A DNA stretch of 35,667 nucleotides from Candidatus Nealsonbacteria bacterium RBG_13_36_15 (lineage in GTDB: Bacteria; Patescibacteriota; Minisyncoccia; Minisyncoccales; RBG-13-36-15): assembly GCA_001819145.1 (NCBI GenBank), contig MHLV01000016.1:6313-41979 (forward strand). The letters run 5' to 3'. Under the pieces are notes generated by a model. That model searched no databases. It was not told where the DNA came from and worked only from the letters and a program-made list of their open reading frames with translations. Made by a program: the position numbers and the translations under genes. Shown one piece after another: positions 18,486 to 25,605 of this stretch; the stretch's first letter is position 1; every line of letters begins with the position of its first letter.

Positions 18486-20494
18486 ACTCTTTGAGTTTTA
18501 ATATACCACTCTTCAATATCAATAAATCTTTTGGAGGGATCAGCTATTATCTTTTCCTTTACACCCTTAATTTCATCAGAAACTGGATAAAGATAGTTAG
18601 GAGAATACAAAAAGATAGCGGGTGCATCTTTAATTATAATATTTTGAAGAATTTGATATTTTTCAAACCTTTCATTTTTATCTAAAGTCTGGCGAACTTC
18701 TTCAAGAATCTTATCAACCTCTTTATTATCGTAAAGAGAGAGATTTAATCCCGGATCTCTTTTTTGGGTAGAATGCCAAAAAGGATATAGGTCGGGGATT
18801 AGACCAATAACTTTTCCAAAGAGAAGGCTTTCATAATTTCGAGGCTTCCAGAAATCTTGCTCTAAGCTTGAAAGAGAAACTTTCTTGAGTTCTAACTCTA
18901 TCCCTAAGGCTTCCCATTGTTTTTTAATTAGGTCGGCTACCAAGCTAAGTTCTTCCTGATCGACTGTAACCAGAGAAAATTTTAGCGGTAGAATTTCTTT
19001 TGGCGTTTGAACGCAAACCTCGTTTAATTTTTCTCTAGTTGTTCTGCTGACGATTCCTGTTCCTTCTGTGAAACCCCAAGGCTCCAAAATATCTTCAAAA
19101 TATTTTTCTTGGAATCTTATTACTGCAGCCTGAGTTTTTTCCCCAAATTTGCCAGTTATTTCTCCTTCAGGATAAATTTGAGGGTCTTTGGCCAAGCAAC
19201 TCTGAAGACTTTTTACATCCTCACCCTGGCTTTCTAATTTGAGATCTCTTGTGAATAAATTTTCTTTCTCTTCTTTAAGGATTTTTTCTCTTTTACCATC
19301 TCCGTCTTCGTCTAGCCAGCCGGCTTTTTCTAAGAGTTCTTTACCCTTTTCTAAATCAAATTGATAGCCCTCGGGTGATGGAATATTATAGATTTCTGGT
19401 ATTAAGGGAGAATCTATTGCTTTGCCATGTCCCAAAAGTACTTCTTCAACGATAGCTTTTTTATTTGTTCCATAATTTAAAGCTTTTCTTACCGCCTCGT
19501 CTTTTAAGATTTCAGATTTTTCTGGATTGAAAGAAATATCAAAATATCTAGGAAAATAAAAATTATAAAATTTAATACCCTCGCTTTTTATAGTTTCAAG
19601 ATTTTTTGGAGAAATATAGGTTAGGCCATTAATTTCCCCATTCCTTAGAGCTTCAATTAAATCCTGTTCATTCTCAAAAAAACGAAAGGAGATTTCTGTT
19701 AGATAAGGTTTTTTACCGAAATAGTCGGAATTCTTGACAAGGGTTAAAGAGCTAATATGTCCCGATATGTTGTTTTTTTCAAGGCTTCTAAATTTAAAGG
19801 GGCCAGTTCCAATGGGCCTTAAATTGTAGATAACTAGAGAAAAATTTTCAGGAGAAACATCTTGCCAGATATGTTTCGGTAAAATTTTAAAAGTCAATGT
19901 TTCTAAAAAAGGAGCGTATGGAGTTTTTAGTTTAAACCTAACTTTAAAGTTATTTATTTTTTCTACTTCTATTCCAAATAAAGAAGCTCTCAGTTGGCTA
20001 TTATAATCTGGATCTTGAATTATTTTTATTGTAAAAATTAAATCATCGGCCGAAAAAGGCTCACCATCATGCCAGTTGGCATTTTCTAATAAATCAAATT
20101 CGTAAACTTTACCATTTTCTTTGATTTCATATTTTTTAGCGAGGTCTGGCACAATTTCTCCATTAGGGTTGTATTTCATCAAGCCCGAGAAAATTATTTC
20201 CGTTAAATCACGATCAACATCATTGCTCTGATCATAAATTGGATTAATGAATCTTGGTTGGCCGATTAGCCCTTCCGTATAGCTTCCTCCAAAAGCTTGT
20301 TGAAGTTCGGTATTTTTGAAATAAAAACTTAAACCAAGAAAAACACTAGAACCTATAAACAAAATACAGAAAAGAGAAAAAAATATTTTTTCTCTTTTCC
20401 CTAAAATTTTGAAAAATTGCTTTAATTGAAAAAAAGCTGGGAACTTTCGCCCTTTGGATGATCTTAAAATAATTTTTATCTTATTGAAGATCAA
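18476..20494 (-). CDS. Membrane-anchored ABC-type substrate-binding protein (family 5, peptide/nickel type) with an inserted peptidoglycan-binding-like module
   Basis: 672 aa. N-terminal TM helix (FFSLFCILFIGSSVFLGLSFYF). SBP_bac_5-like core (NPNGEIVPDLAKKYEI...WHDGEPFSADD). PG_binding_1-like insert GEDVKSLQSCLAKDPQIYPEGEITGKFGEKTQAAVIRFQEKY. Formal start is TTG. Overlaps the PGI start by 10 nt. Confidence 0.8.
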   Translation of the reverse strand: MIFNKIKIILRSSKGRKFPAFFQLKQFFKILGKREKIFFSLFCILFIGSSVFLGLSFYFKNTELQQAFGGSYTEGLIGQPRFINPIYDQSNDVDRDLTEIIFSGLMKYNPNGEIVPDLAKKYEIKENGKVYEFDLLENANWHDGEPFSADDLIFTIKIIQDPDYNSQLRASLFGIEVEKINNFKVRFKLKTPYAPFLETLTFKILPKHIWQDVSPENFSLVIYNLRPIGTGPFKFRSLEKNNISGHISSLTLVKNSDYFGKKPYLTEISFRFFENEQDLIEALRNGEINGLTYISPKNLETIKSEGIKFYNFYFPRYFDISFNPEKSEILKDEAVRKALNYGTNKKAIVEEVLLGHGKAIDSPLIPEIYNIPSPEGYQFDLEKGKELLEKAGWLDEDGDGKREKILKEEKENLFTRDLKLESQGEDVKSLQSCLAKDPQIYPEGEITGKFGEKTQAAVIRFQEKYFEDILEPWGFTEGTGIVSRTTREKLNEVCVQTPKEILPLKFSLVTVDQEELSLVADLIKKQWEALGIELELKKVSLSSLEQDFWKPRNYESLLFGKVIGLIPDLYPFWHSTQKRDPGLNLSLYDNKEVDKILEEVRQTLDKNERFEKYQILQNIIIKDAPAIFLYSPNYLYPVSDEIKGVKEKIIADPSKRFIDIEEWYIKTQRVWK

Positions 20495-20537
20495 ATTAAA
20501 AAAGAGGTTTTTTTTGATAAGTTATTATTAATAAAGT

Positions 20538-20756
20538 TTAAACAAGAATTAGCCTAGACAAGGCTAATATAATAAAGAGAGCTCCCAAAATTACCGTTGC
20601 CCAAAAAAGTTTTTTTTGGATACCCCTTCTGGTGCCATAAAACCCTCCCTCTCCCCCAAAAGCCGAACCCAAAGCCGTTCCTCGTTGTTGGAGTAAAATA
20701 AAAACAATTAAGCAAATGCCAACTAAAATTTGAAGATAGGTTAAGATGTCTTTCAT
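20538..20756 (-). CDS. secG: Preprotein translocase subunit SecG
   Basis: 72 aa with two TM helices. Gly-rich loop LLQQRGTALGSAFGGEGGFYGTRRG typical of SecG. Confidence 0.88.
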   Translation of the reverse strand: MKDILTYLQILVGICLIVFILLQQRGTALGSAFGGEGGFYGTRRGIQKKLFWATVILGALFIILALSRLILV

Positions 20757-21128
20757 TTAAGATGGTTTTAATAAAGACTGTTTTGGCTTAGGAAACAAAA
20801 TTGAAACAATAAATCCAAGCCCCCAAATAATGAGGGTCGTCCAAAGAAGGGGAGTAATTAAGGGAATAGCGAGTTCATAAAAAATCAGATCAACCGTCCA
20901 GATAATTAATACATTAATAATTAGACCAAAAAGACCAAGAGTTAATAGCCTTAAGGGAAGAGTTATAAAATTGAGAATTGGCCTTATGAAGAAATTCAAG
21001 AGGCCAAGAATTAAACCAGCTATCAAGAGATATTTAATATCACCGACAAATTCTACTTCTGGAACAAATTCAACGGCTAACCAAAGTCCTAAAATTCCAG
21101 CGACAATCTGTAGAACTAATTCTCTCAT
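20757..21128 (-). CDS. DUF360 / phage-holin-4_2 family small membrane protein
   Basis: 123 aa with 4 TM helices. FIRPILNFITLPLRLLTLGLFGLIINVLIIW matches my memory of the DUF360 family pattern. Abuts secG with a zero gap. Confidence 0.7.
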   Translation of the reverse strand: MRELVLQIVAGILGLWLAVEFVPEVEFVGDIKYLLIAGLILGLLNFFIRPILNFITLPLRLLTLGLFGLIINVLIIWTVDLIFYELAIPLITPLLWTTLIIWGLGFIVSILFPKPKQSLLKPS

Positions 21129-21140
21129 TTTTTCAATATA

Positions 21141-22445
21141 TCAAAGTTGAGACTTTAAGTCAATTCTTCTTAGCTTTCTATGGTAAGAGATGGCAAAGCG
21201 GTGTGCTTCGTCACGAAGCTGCAAAATTAAATTAAAAATTTCCCGGGGAAGGTTCTCTAACAAAATTGGATTTTTTCGGTTTTCTAGATAGAGCTCATTT
21301 TTTCTTTTAGCTAAGGCAATAACCGGAACTGTTAATTGCTTATCCCTTAAATTCTTTTTGAAATTGTCGATTGTTAATCTGACGGCGTTGAATTGAGCTT
21401 TGCCGCCGTCAATTAAAATTAAATCTGCAAAAGGCCACTCAGAATGCTTTAATCTTCGTTTAATGATTTCTTTAATCATTGCAATATCGTTTGGCTTATC
21501 TATGGTTTTAATTTTAAATTTCCGATAAAAATTTTTATTGGGCAAACCCTTTATAAAAACAACCATCGAACCGGTAGCCTCTTTGCCTTGGATATTAGAA
21601 ACATCGTAAGCTTCAATTCTAAAAATTCGTTTATTGGTCTTAAAAAGATTTTTGAGAATTTTTTCGGTTTTTGACCAATATTTTTTTAGATTCAATGGTA
21701 TGGATTCTTCTTCAAAAATTTTGGCGTGAGCAAAAATTCTTTCTAAGATGCGAATTTGATCTCTAATTTTAGCTGCCCTTTCAAATTTTTCCAAGGCAGA
21801 AGTTCTTTTCATCTCTTTTTTTAATCCTTTTAAAACTGCTTGTTTTTTTCCCTTTAGGACAGCTATTAAGCTATTAATATTTTTTTTATATTCTTGAAAA
21901 TTAGGGTTGGGTCCGGGGCAGAGATTTAGCTGACACCAAAGGCATAAATTTTTTGGGTGTTTTTTTAGAGTATAATAAGGAAAAATCTTTCTCAGAATTT
22001 TTAAGGTTTTTTTTAGGGCAGAGCCCTCAACGAAGGGACCGATAAATTCAATTCTTGATTTCCAGCTTCTAATTTTTAACTTTAATTTAATCTGATGGGT
22101 GACGAAAATTCGGGGGAAATTCTCTTTGGTTATAGCTACGAAAAAATAGTTTTTATCATCTTTCCATAAAACATTATATTTTGGCTGGTGTTTCTTAATT
22201 AAATTGGCCTCTAAGATCAAGGCTTCAATTTCTGAATTAGTTCTTAAATAGCCGATTTTTTCAGCTTCATTAATAAAAAGCGAACCCCTAAATCCGGGCC
22301 GGGAAAAATGATTTTTCACCCTTTTCTTGATATCCGTAGCCTTCCCAATATAAAGAAATTTCCCGTCCTTTTTAAAGGCATAGACGCCAGAAATTTTTGG
22401 CAGTTTTGATATTTTATCTTTTTTTAGAAACTTAAATTTCTCCAT
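21141..22445 (-). CDS. uvrC: Excinuclease ABC subunit C, short form (no C-terminal HhH2 domain)
   Basis: 434 aa. GIY-YIG N-terminus (SGVYAFKKDGKFLYIGKATDIKKRVKNH). UVR motif EKFERAAKIRDQIRILERI. Endonuclease domain RIEAYDVSNIQGKEATGSMVVF...LRDEAHRFAISYHRKLR, then the protein ends. Confidence 0.9.
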   Translation of the reverse strand: MEKFKFLKKDKISKLPKISGVYAFKKDGKFLYIGKATDIKKRVKNHFSRPGFRGSLFINEAEKIGYLRTNSEIEALILEANLIKKHQPKYNVLWKDDKNYFFVAITKENFPRIFVTHQIKLKLKIRSWKSRIEFIGPFVEGSALKKTLKILRKIFPYYTLKKHPKNLCLWCQLNLCPGPNPNFQEYKKNINSLIAVLKGKKQAVLKGLKKEMKRTSALEKFERAAKIRDQIRILERIFAHAKIFEEESIPLNLKKYWSKTEKILKNLFKTNKRIFRIEAYDVSNIQGKEATGSMVVFIKGLPNKNFYRKFKIKTIDKPNDIAMIKEIIKRRLKHSEWPFADLILIDGGKAQFNAVRLTIDNFKKNLRDKQLTVPVIALAKRKNELYLENRKNPILLENLPREIFNLILQLRDEAHRFAISYHRKLRRIDLKSQL

Positions 22446-22484
22446 AACTCAATTATTTTAGAATATAATCCTTAATTTTTCAAT
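22438..22484. repeat. Direct repeat copy A (47 bp): uvrC promoter, start codon and codon 2
   Basis: TTCTCCATAACTCAATTATTTTAGAATATAATCCTTAATTTTTCAAT, identical to 24616-24662. In minus sense it reads TTGAAA (22478-22483), 17 nt, TAAAAT (22455-22460), 9 nt, ATG (22443-22445). Confidence 0.95.
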
Positions 22485-22486
22485 TT

Positions 22487-22524
22487 AAATAAAAAATATC
22501 TAGCCAAAAGCTTATGACTAGATA
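22487..22524 (-). terminator. Weak hairpin plus T-tract after the 693-aa gene
   Basis: In minus sense, TATCTAG pairs with CTAGATA (plus 22518-22524 and 22497-22503) around a 14-nt loop, followed by TTTTTTATTT. The stem is short and AT-rich. Confidence 0.3.
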
Positions 22525-22541
22525 CTAAAAAGATGGATTTA

Positions 22542-24623
22542 TTATGGTGGCAATATCGGGAAGCCCCAGCCCTGGAAGTAAGGAGTAACATCTACTCCCG
22601 CATTTGCACTTAACAAATGAGCAAAAAGCTCTACTTTTTCAAGATCAGTTGCCGGAGGAGAACCTACTGATGCATAATCTCTAAAGGTTTGCTTAAAGGG
22701 TTCCCAGCCAATATCTTCTTTTAATAAGTAGAGAAGTCCTGTATATACGTCATTGCTCATGTTCTGCCAATCGGTACGACCAGAATCTATCCAGGGTTGA
22801 GCATACCTTACGACAAAGTATTCATAAGGAAAGTCTCCGATAGGAATAAATCCTTGGGTAGGATGGCTGAACGTTGCCGTGGGATAAGTAGCAGAAAGAA
22901 TATCAGCTACATAAGTTAGTTTAAAATTTGCCCAATGTTCAGGATTTATAGGGCCATTTCCTGCGTAGTGCGAACCGTAAAAATCAAAAGCATGACTTAG
23001 TTCATGAACCTGTCCAAAGCCTAAATAATTATAATTATTCACTTGTTGAAGAGTATTCGGAACATAATTTGTATACCAAAGAGTTGGATTTCCCGCAATT
23101 AACTCGCCACCAGGATAAGATACAACCTCTTGTGTTACTACTTTATTGCCATCATATGGAATTTGTCCTGTAAGATCTTGAAGCGCTGAATAAGCAGCGT
23201 CAAGTTTTTGAAGCCAACCACTAGGATTCGTTAATATCGAACGGTGCTCTGGCAAAAAACACAATACTGTTTTTTGCCCTATGAAGGGGGGATCGAGCTT
23301 TTCAAGTGATATGTCATCAAAATAAACAGTTCCTGTGGTAAGCGACCAATTATAACCAATTCTAGCAGCAACTTTTACACTACTAGAGGCAATAGAACAG
23401 AAAAATAAACTTTCTTCTGTCCAATTTTGCGTTCCCCAAATTCCTGGCGAACGGTTAAGTGATAAATGAACAGAGAGATTAGCTCCCGTGCTGAAACCAT
23501 TTGGGGGATCAGCTAAAGTAACGTTTTCGGCTTTTATCCAGCCCTTAAACAAATAAGAGCTATAAGGGTCTACCGAAACATTTTGTAGCCACGCAGCATC
23601 GTTGGGCTGCGATGAAGTAATTTTAGCTGCTCCCATTCCACTTTTTACAGTAGATCCGTCTGAAATCCAATTCCAGGTGGATCGTGTAACGCTCCAGTAG
23701 TCTTTTTGCCAACTAGTAGGCATATTTCCCGAGCCATTCTCAAAACCAGGATTTAATAAAAGCGAAGTAATTCCTCCTGTTACCGTTAAATTATAAATTG
23801 TTTCTTTGCTGCCTACGGTAATAGTAATTGGATAAGTTCCTGTGGGCGTAGTTGAAGAAGTGGTAATGGTCATTATTGAAGAGCAAGAGGGAATGCAACT
23901 TGAAGGATTAAAAGATGCAGAAGTTGAAGCAGGAAGATTAGAGGCAGAAAAAGTAACAGACTGAGGGATGCCCGAGCTAAGTGTAGCATTGACAGCAGTA
24001 GAGATTGTTCCTCCTTGAGTTGTTGAACCAGAAGCAGGATTAACTGAAAGATTAAAATTAAAAGAAGAAACAATGCAGCTTTCATCTCCCTGGCATTGTT
24101 GACCAGAAGGGCAACCACAAGCGCTGCATTTATTAATTAAGCTTCCGTTATTACAATATTTTGGCTTGGTGGTTGAACATTGGCTATAAGAAGTACCATC
24201 TGCGCATTCTCTCTGAATACATTTTCCATCTTGACAAATATTATTCGAAGGACAGTTAATTATCGAACTCCATTCTGAGCAATTATCTTCATCATAATTT
24301 CCGCAGGTTTGATAACCATTATTAGAACATTTTTTTAGGCCCGTTTGAGAACATTCACTTTGGCAGGGAACTTCGGGTTCGTGAACTTCAGATGGTTCCT
24401 TTTCTGGAATAATTTTTTCTTCCTCGGTCAACTCCCCCTCAGATGTTTCCGGTGGAGGAGTAGATGTTTTTTCTCCAACTGGTTTTTCTATAATTTCGGG
24501 CATTTTCGGCATTTTCTTTTCAAGATAATAATATAGCCCCCCGGATATTAAACTAACAATAACTATAGTAAAAATTATACCAAATAGAACTTGTCCTCGG
24601 TTATAAAATTTAAAATTCTCCAT
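22542..24623 (-). CDS. Membrane-anchored modular secreted protein: two 8-Cys modules, S/T-rich Ig-like region, CBM-like jelly roll, C-terminal HExxH (putative zinc metallopeptidase) domain
   Basis: 693 aa. N-terminal TM helix (VLFGIIFTIVIVSLISGGLYYYL) and an E/P-rich linker. Two modules of 8 Cys each. NPGFENGSG...W motif. HELSH encoded at 22992-23006. The ORF call is confident; the function is tentative. Confidence 0.6.
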   Translation of the reverse strand: MENFKFYNRGQVLFGIIFTIVIVSLISGGLYYYLEKKMPKMPEIIEKPVGEKTSTPPPETSEGELTEEEKIIPEKEPSEVHEPEVPCQSECSQTGLKKCSNNGYQTCGNYDEDNCSEWSSIINCPSNNICQDGKCIQRECADGTSYSQCSTTKPKYCNNGSLINKCSACGCPSGQQCQGDESCIVSSFNFNLSVNPASGSTTQGGTISTAVNATLSSGIPQSVTFSASNLPASTSASFNPSSCIPSCSSIMTITTSSTTPTGTYPITITVGSKETIYNLTVTGGITSLLLNPGFENGSGNMPTSWQKDYWSVTRSTWNWISDGSTVKSGMGAAKITSSQPNDAAWLQNVSVDPYSSYLFKGWIKAENVTLADPPNGFSTGANLSVHLSLNRSPGIWGTQNWTEESLFFCSIASSSVKVAARIGYNWSLTTGTVYFDDISLEKLDPPFIGQKTVLCFLPEHRSILTNPSGWLQKLDAAYSALQDLTGQIPYDGNKVVTQEVVSYPGGELIAGNPTLWYTNYVPNTLQQVNNYNYLGFGQVHELSHAFDFYGSHYAGNGPINPEHWANFKLTYVADILSATYPTATFSHPTQGFIPIGDFPYEYFVVRYAQPWIDSGRTDWQNMSNDVYTGLLYLLKEDIGWEPFKQTFRDYASVGSPPATDLEKVELFAHLLSANAGVDVTPYFQGWGFPILPP

Positions 24624-24662
24624 AACTCAATTATTTTAGAATATAATCCTTAATTTTTCAAT
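24616..24662. repeat. Direct repeat copy B (47 bp): promoter, start codon and codon 2 of the 693-aa gene
   Basis: Identical to 22438-22484. In minus sense, -35 TTGAAA is at 24656-24661, -10 TAAAAT at 24633-24638 and ATG at 24621-24623. Confidence 0.95.
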
Positions 24663-24703
24663 CTTATAAGAATATTTGAATCTTAAGGCTGGGGAAAACT
24701 AAA

Positions 24704-24732
24704 TTGTTTTTCAGCATTAATTTTAGTAGAAT
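24704..24732 (+). promoter_or_regulatory. Promoter TTGTTT-17-TAGAAT, 9 nt upstream of the membrane-protein ATG
   Basis: TTGTTT at 24704-24709, 17-nt spacer, TAGAAT at 24727-24732, then TATTGAAGC and ATG at 24742. Confidence 0.45.
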
Positions 24733-24741
24733 TATTGAAGC

Positions 24742-25503
24742 ATGGAAAATCAGCAATCTTCTCAATTGCCTTCTCAACCTAAAAACTCTTCTTTGCCGGG
24801 AATCGGTGATTTATTCAATAGAGCTTGGCAGATCTACAAAGAGAGATTTTGGGTTTTTGTCGGAATAATAGTTTTACCAACCCTTATTGTTTTCGGTATA
24901 GCTCTTTTTATAACTCTTCAGTTTATCTCGATATCAGAAACGGGGCAATCATTTTTCTCATCGACGGCCTTACTCTTTGGCGGACCCATTATTATTTTGG
25001 TGGCTATTATTGTTAACCTTTGGGCGTGGGTGGCTTTGCTTTATGCAATTAAAGAAAGTAAAGATAAAATTGGGATCAGAGAATCTTTTGCCAAGGGTTG
25101 GCATAAAATAATTTCTTATCTTTGGATTTCTATTTTAACTGGCGTTATAACCCTGGGCGGTTTTTTACTTCTTATTGTTCCTGGTATTATTTTTGCAGTT
25201 TGGTTTAGCCTAGCAAAATATGTTTTGGTTGTTGAAAATTTAACCGGAACGAAAGCTTTATTTCGTAGTAAACAATTAGTTTCTGGATGTTGGTGGGAAG
25301 TTCTTTGGCGATTTATTACTATTGGTATAATTGCAATTATCATTTCAATATTTATTGATTTTGTTGGCAGATTGATTGGCGTACCTAAAAATATTAATAT
25401 TTCTTCTCTAATTATTTCACTTTTCTTTTCTCCCTTTGCCACAGTCTATGCCTTTATCGTTTACGAGGACTTAAAGAAAATTAAAGAAGGGGTTGTTGTT
25501 TAA
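24742..25503 (+). CDS. Hypothetical polytopic membrane protein (about 6 TM)
   Basis: 253 aa. Polar N-terminus followed by repeated hydrophobic helices. I recognise no catalytic motif. Confidence 0.75.
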   Translation: MENQQSSQLPSQPKNSSLPGIGDLFNRAWQIYKERFWVFVGIIVLPTLIVFGIALFITLQFISISETGQSFFSSTALLFGGPIIILVAIIVNLWAWVALLYAIKESKDKIGIRESFAKGWHKIISYLWISILTGVITLGGFLLLIVPGIIFAVWFSLAKYVLVVENLTGTKALFRSKQLVSGCWWEVLWRFITIGIIAIIISIFIDFVGRLIGVPKNINISSLIISLFFSPFATVYAFIVYEDLKKIKEGVVV

Positions 25504-25536
25504 TTAAAATACCGATTAAGGTACTTATAATATAAA

Positions 25537-25578
25537 GGCGGCGGGGCTTTGCCCCGCCGCCTTCTTGATTTTCTTTTT
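25537..25578 (+). terminator. Strong rho-independent terminator
   Basis: GGCGGCGGGGC (25537-25547), TTT loop, GCCCCGCCGCC (25551-25561): a perfect 11-bp GC stem, followed by TTCTTGATTTTCTTTTT. Confidence 0.85.
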
Positions 25579-25593
25579 AATTAAGAATATAAT
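25565..25593 (+). promoter_or_regulatory. Promoter TTGATT-17-TATAAT, 12 nt upstream of the uvrA ATG
   Basis: TTGATT at 25565-25570, 17-nt spacer containing TTCTT-N7-AAGAA, TATAAT at 25588-25593, ATG at 25606. Confidence 0.5.
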
Positions 25594-25605
25594 GTAAGAC
25601 TAAAT

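Noticed and set aside
20757-21128. The holin-family (DUF360) gene as a phage remnant or lysis cassette.
   Set aside because: It sits with zero or 12-nt gaps inside a housekeeping operon (uvrC, secG). No endolysin or other phage genes are nearby. The family is widespread as a chromosomal membrane protein.
23873-24118. 81-aa same-strand alternative-frame ORF inside the 693-aa gene, and the 24345-24536 plus-strand ORF.
   Set aside because: They are nested in a long uninterrupted ORF with coherent domain organisation. Their translations are Leu/Phe low-complexity sequence.
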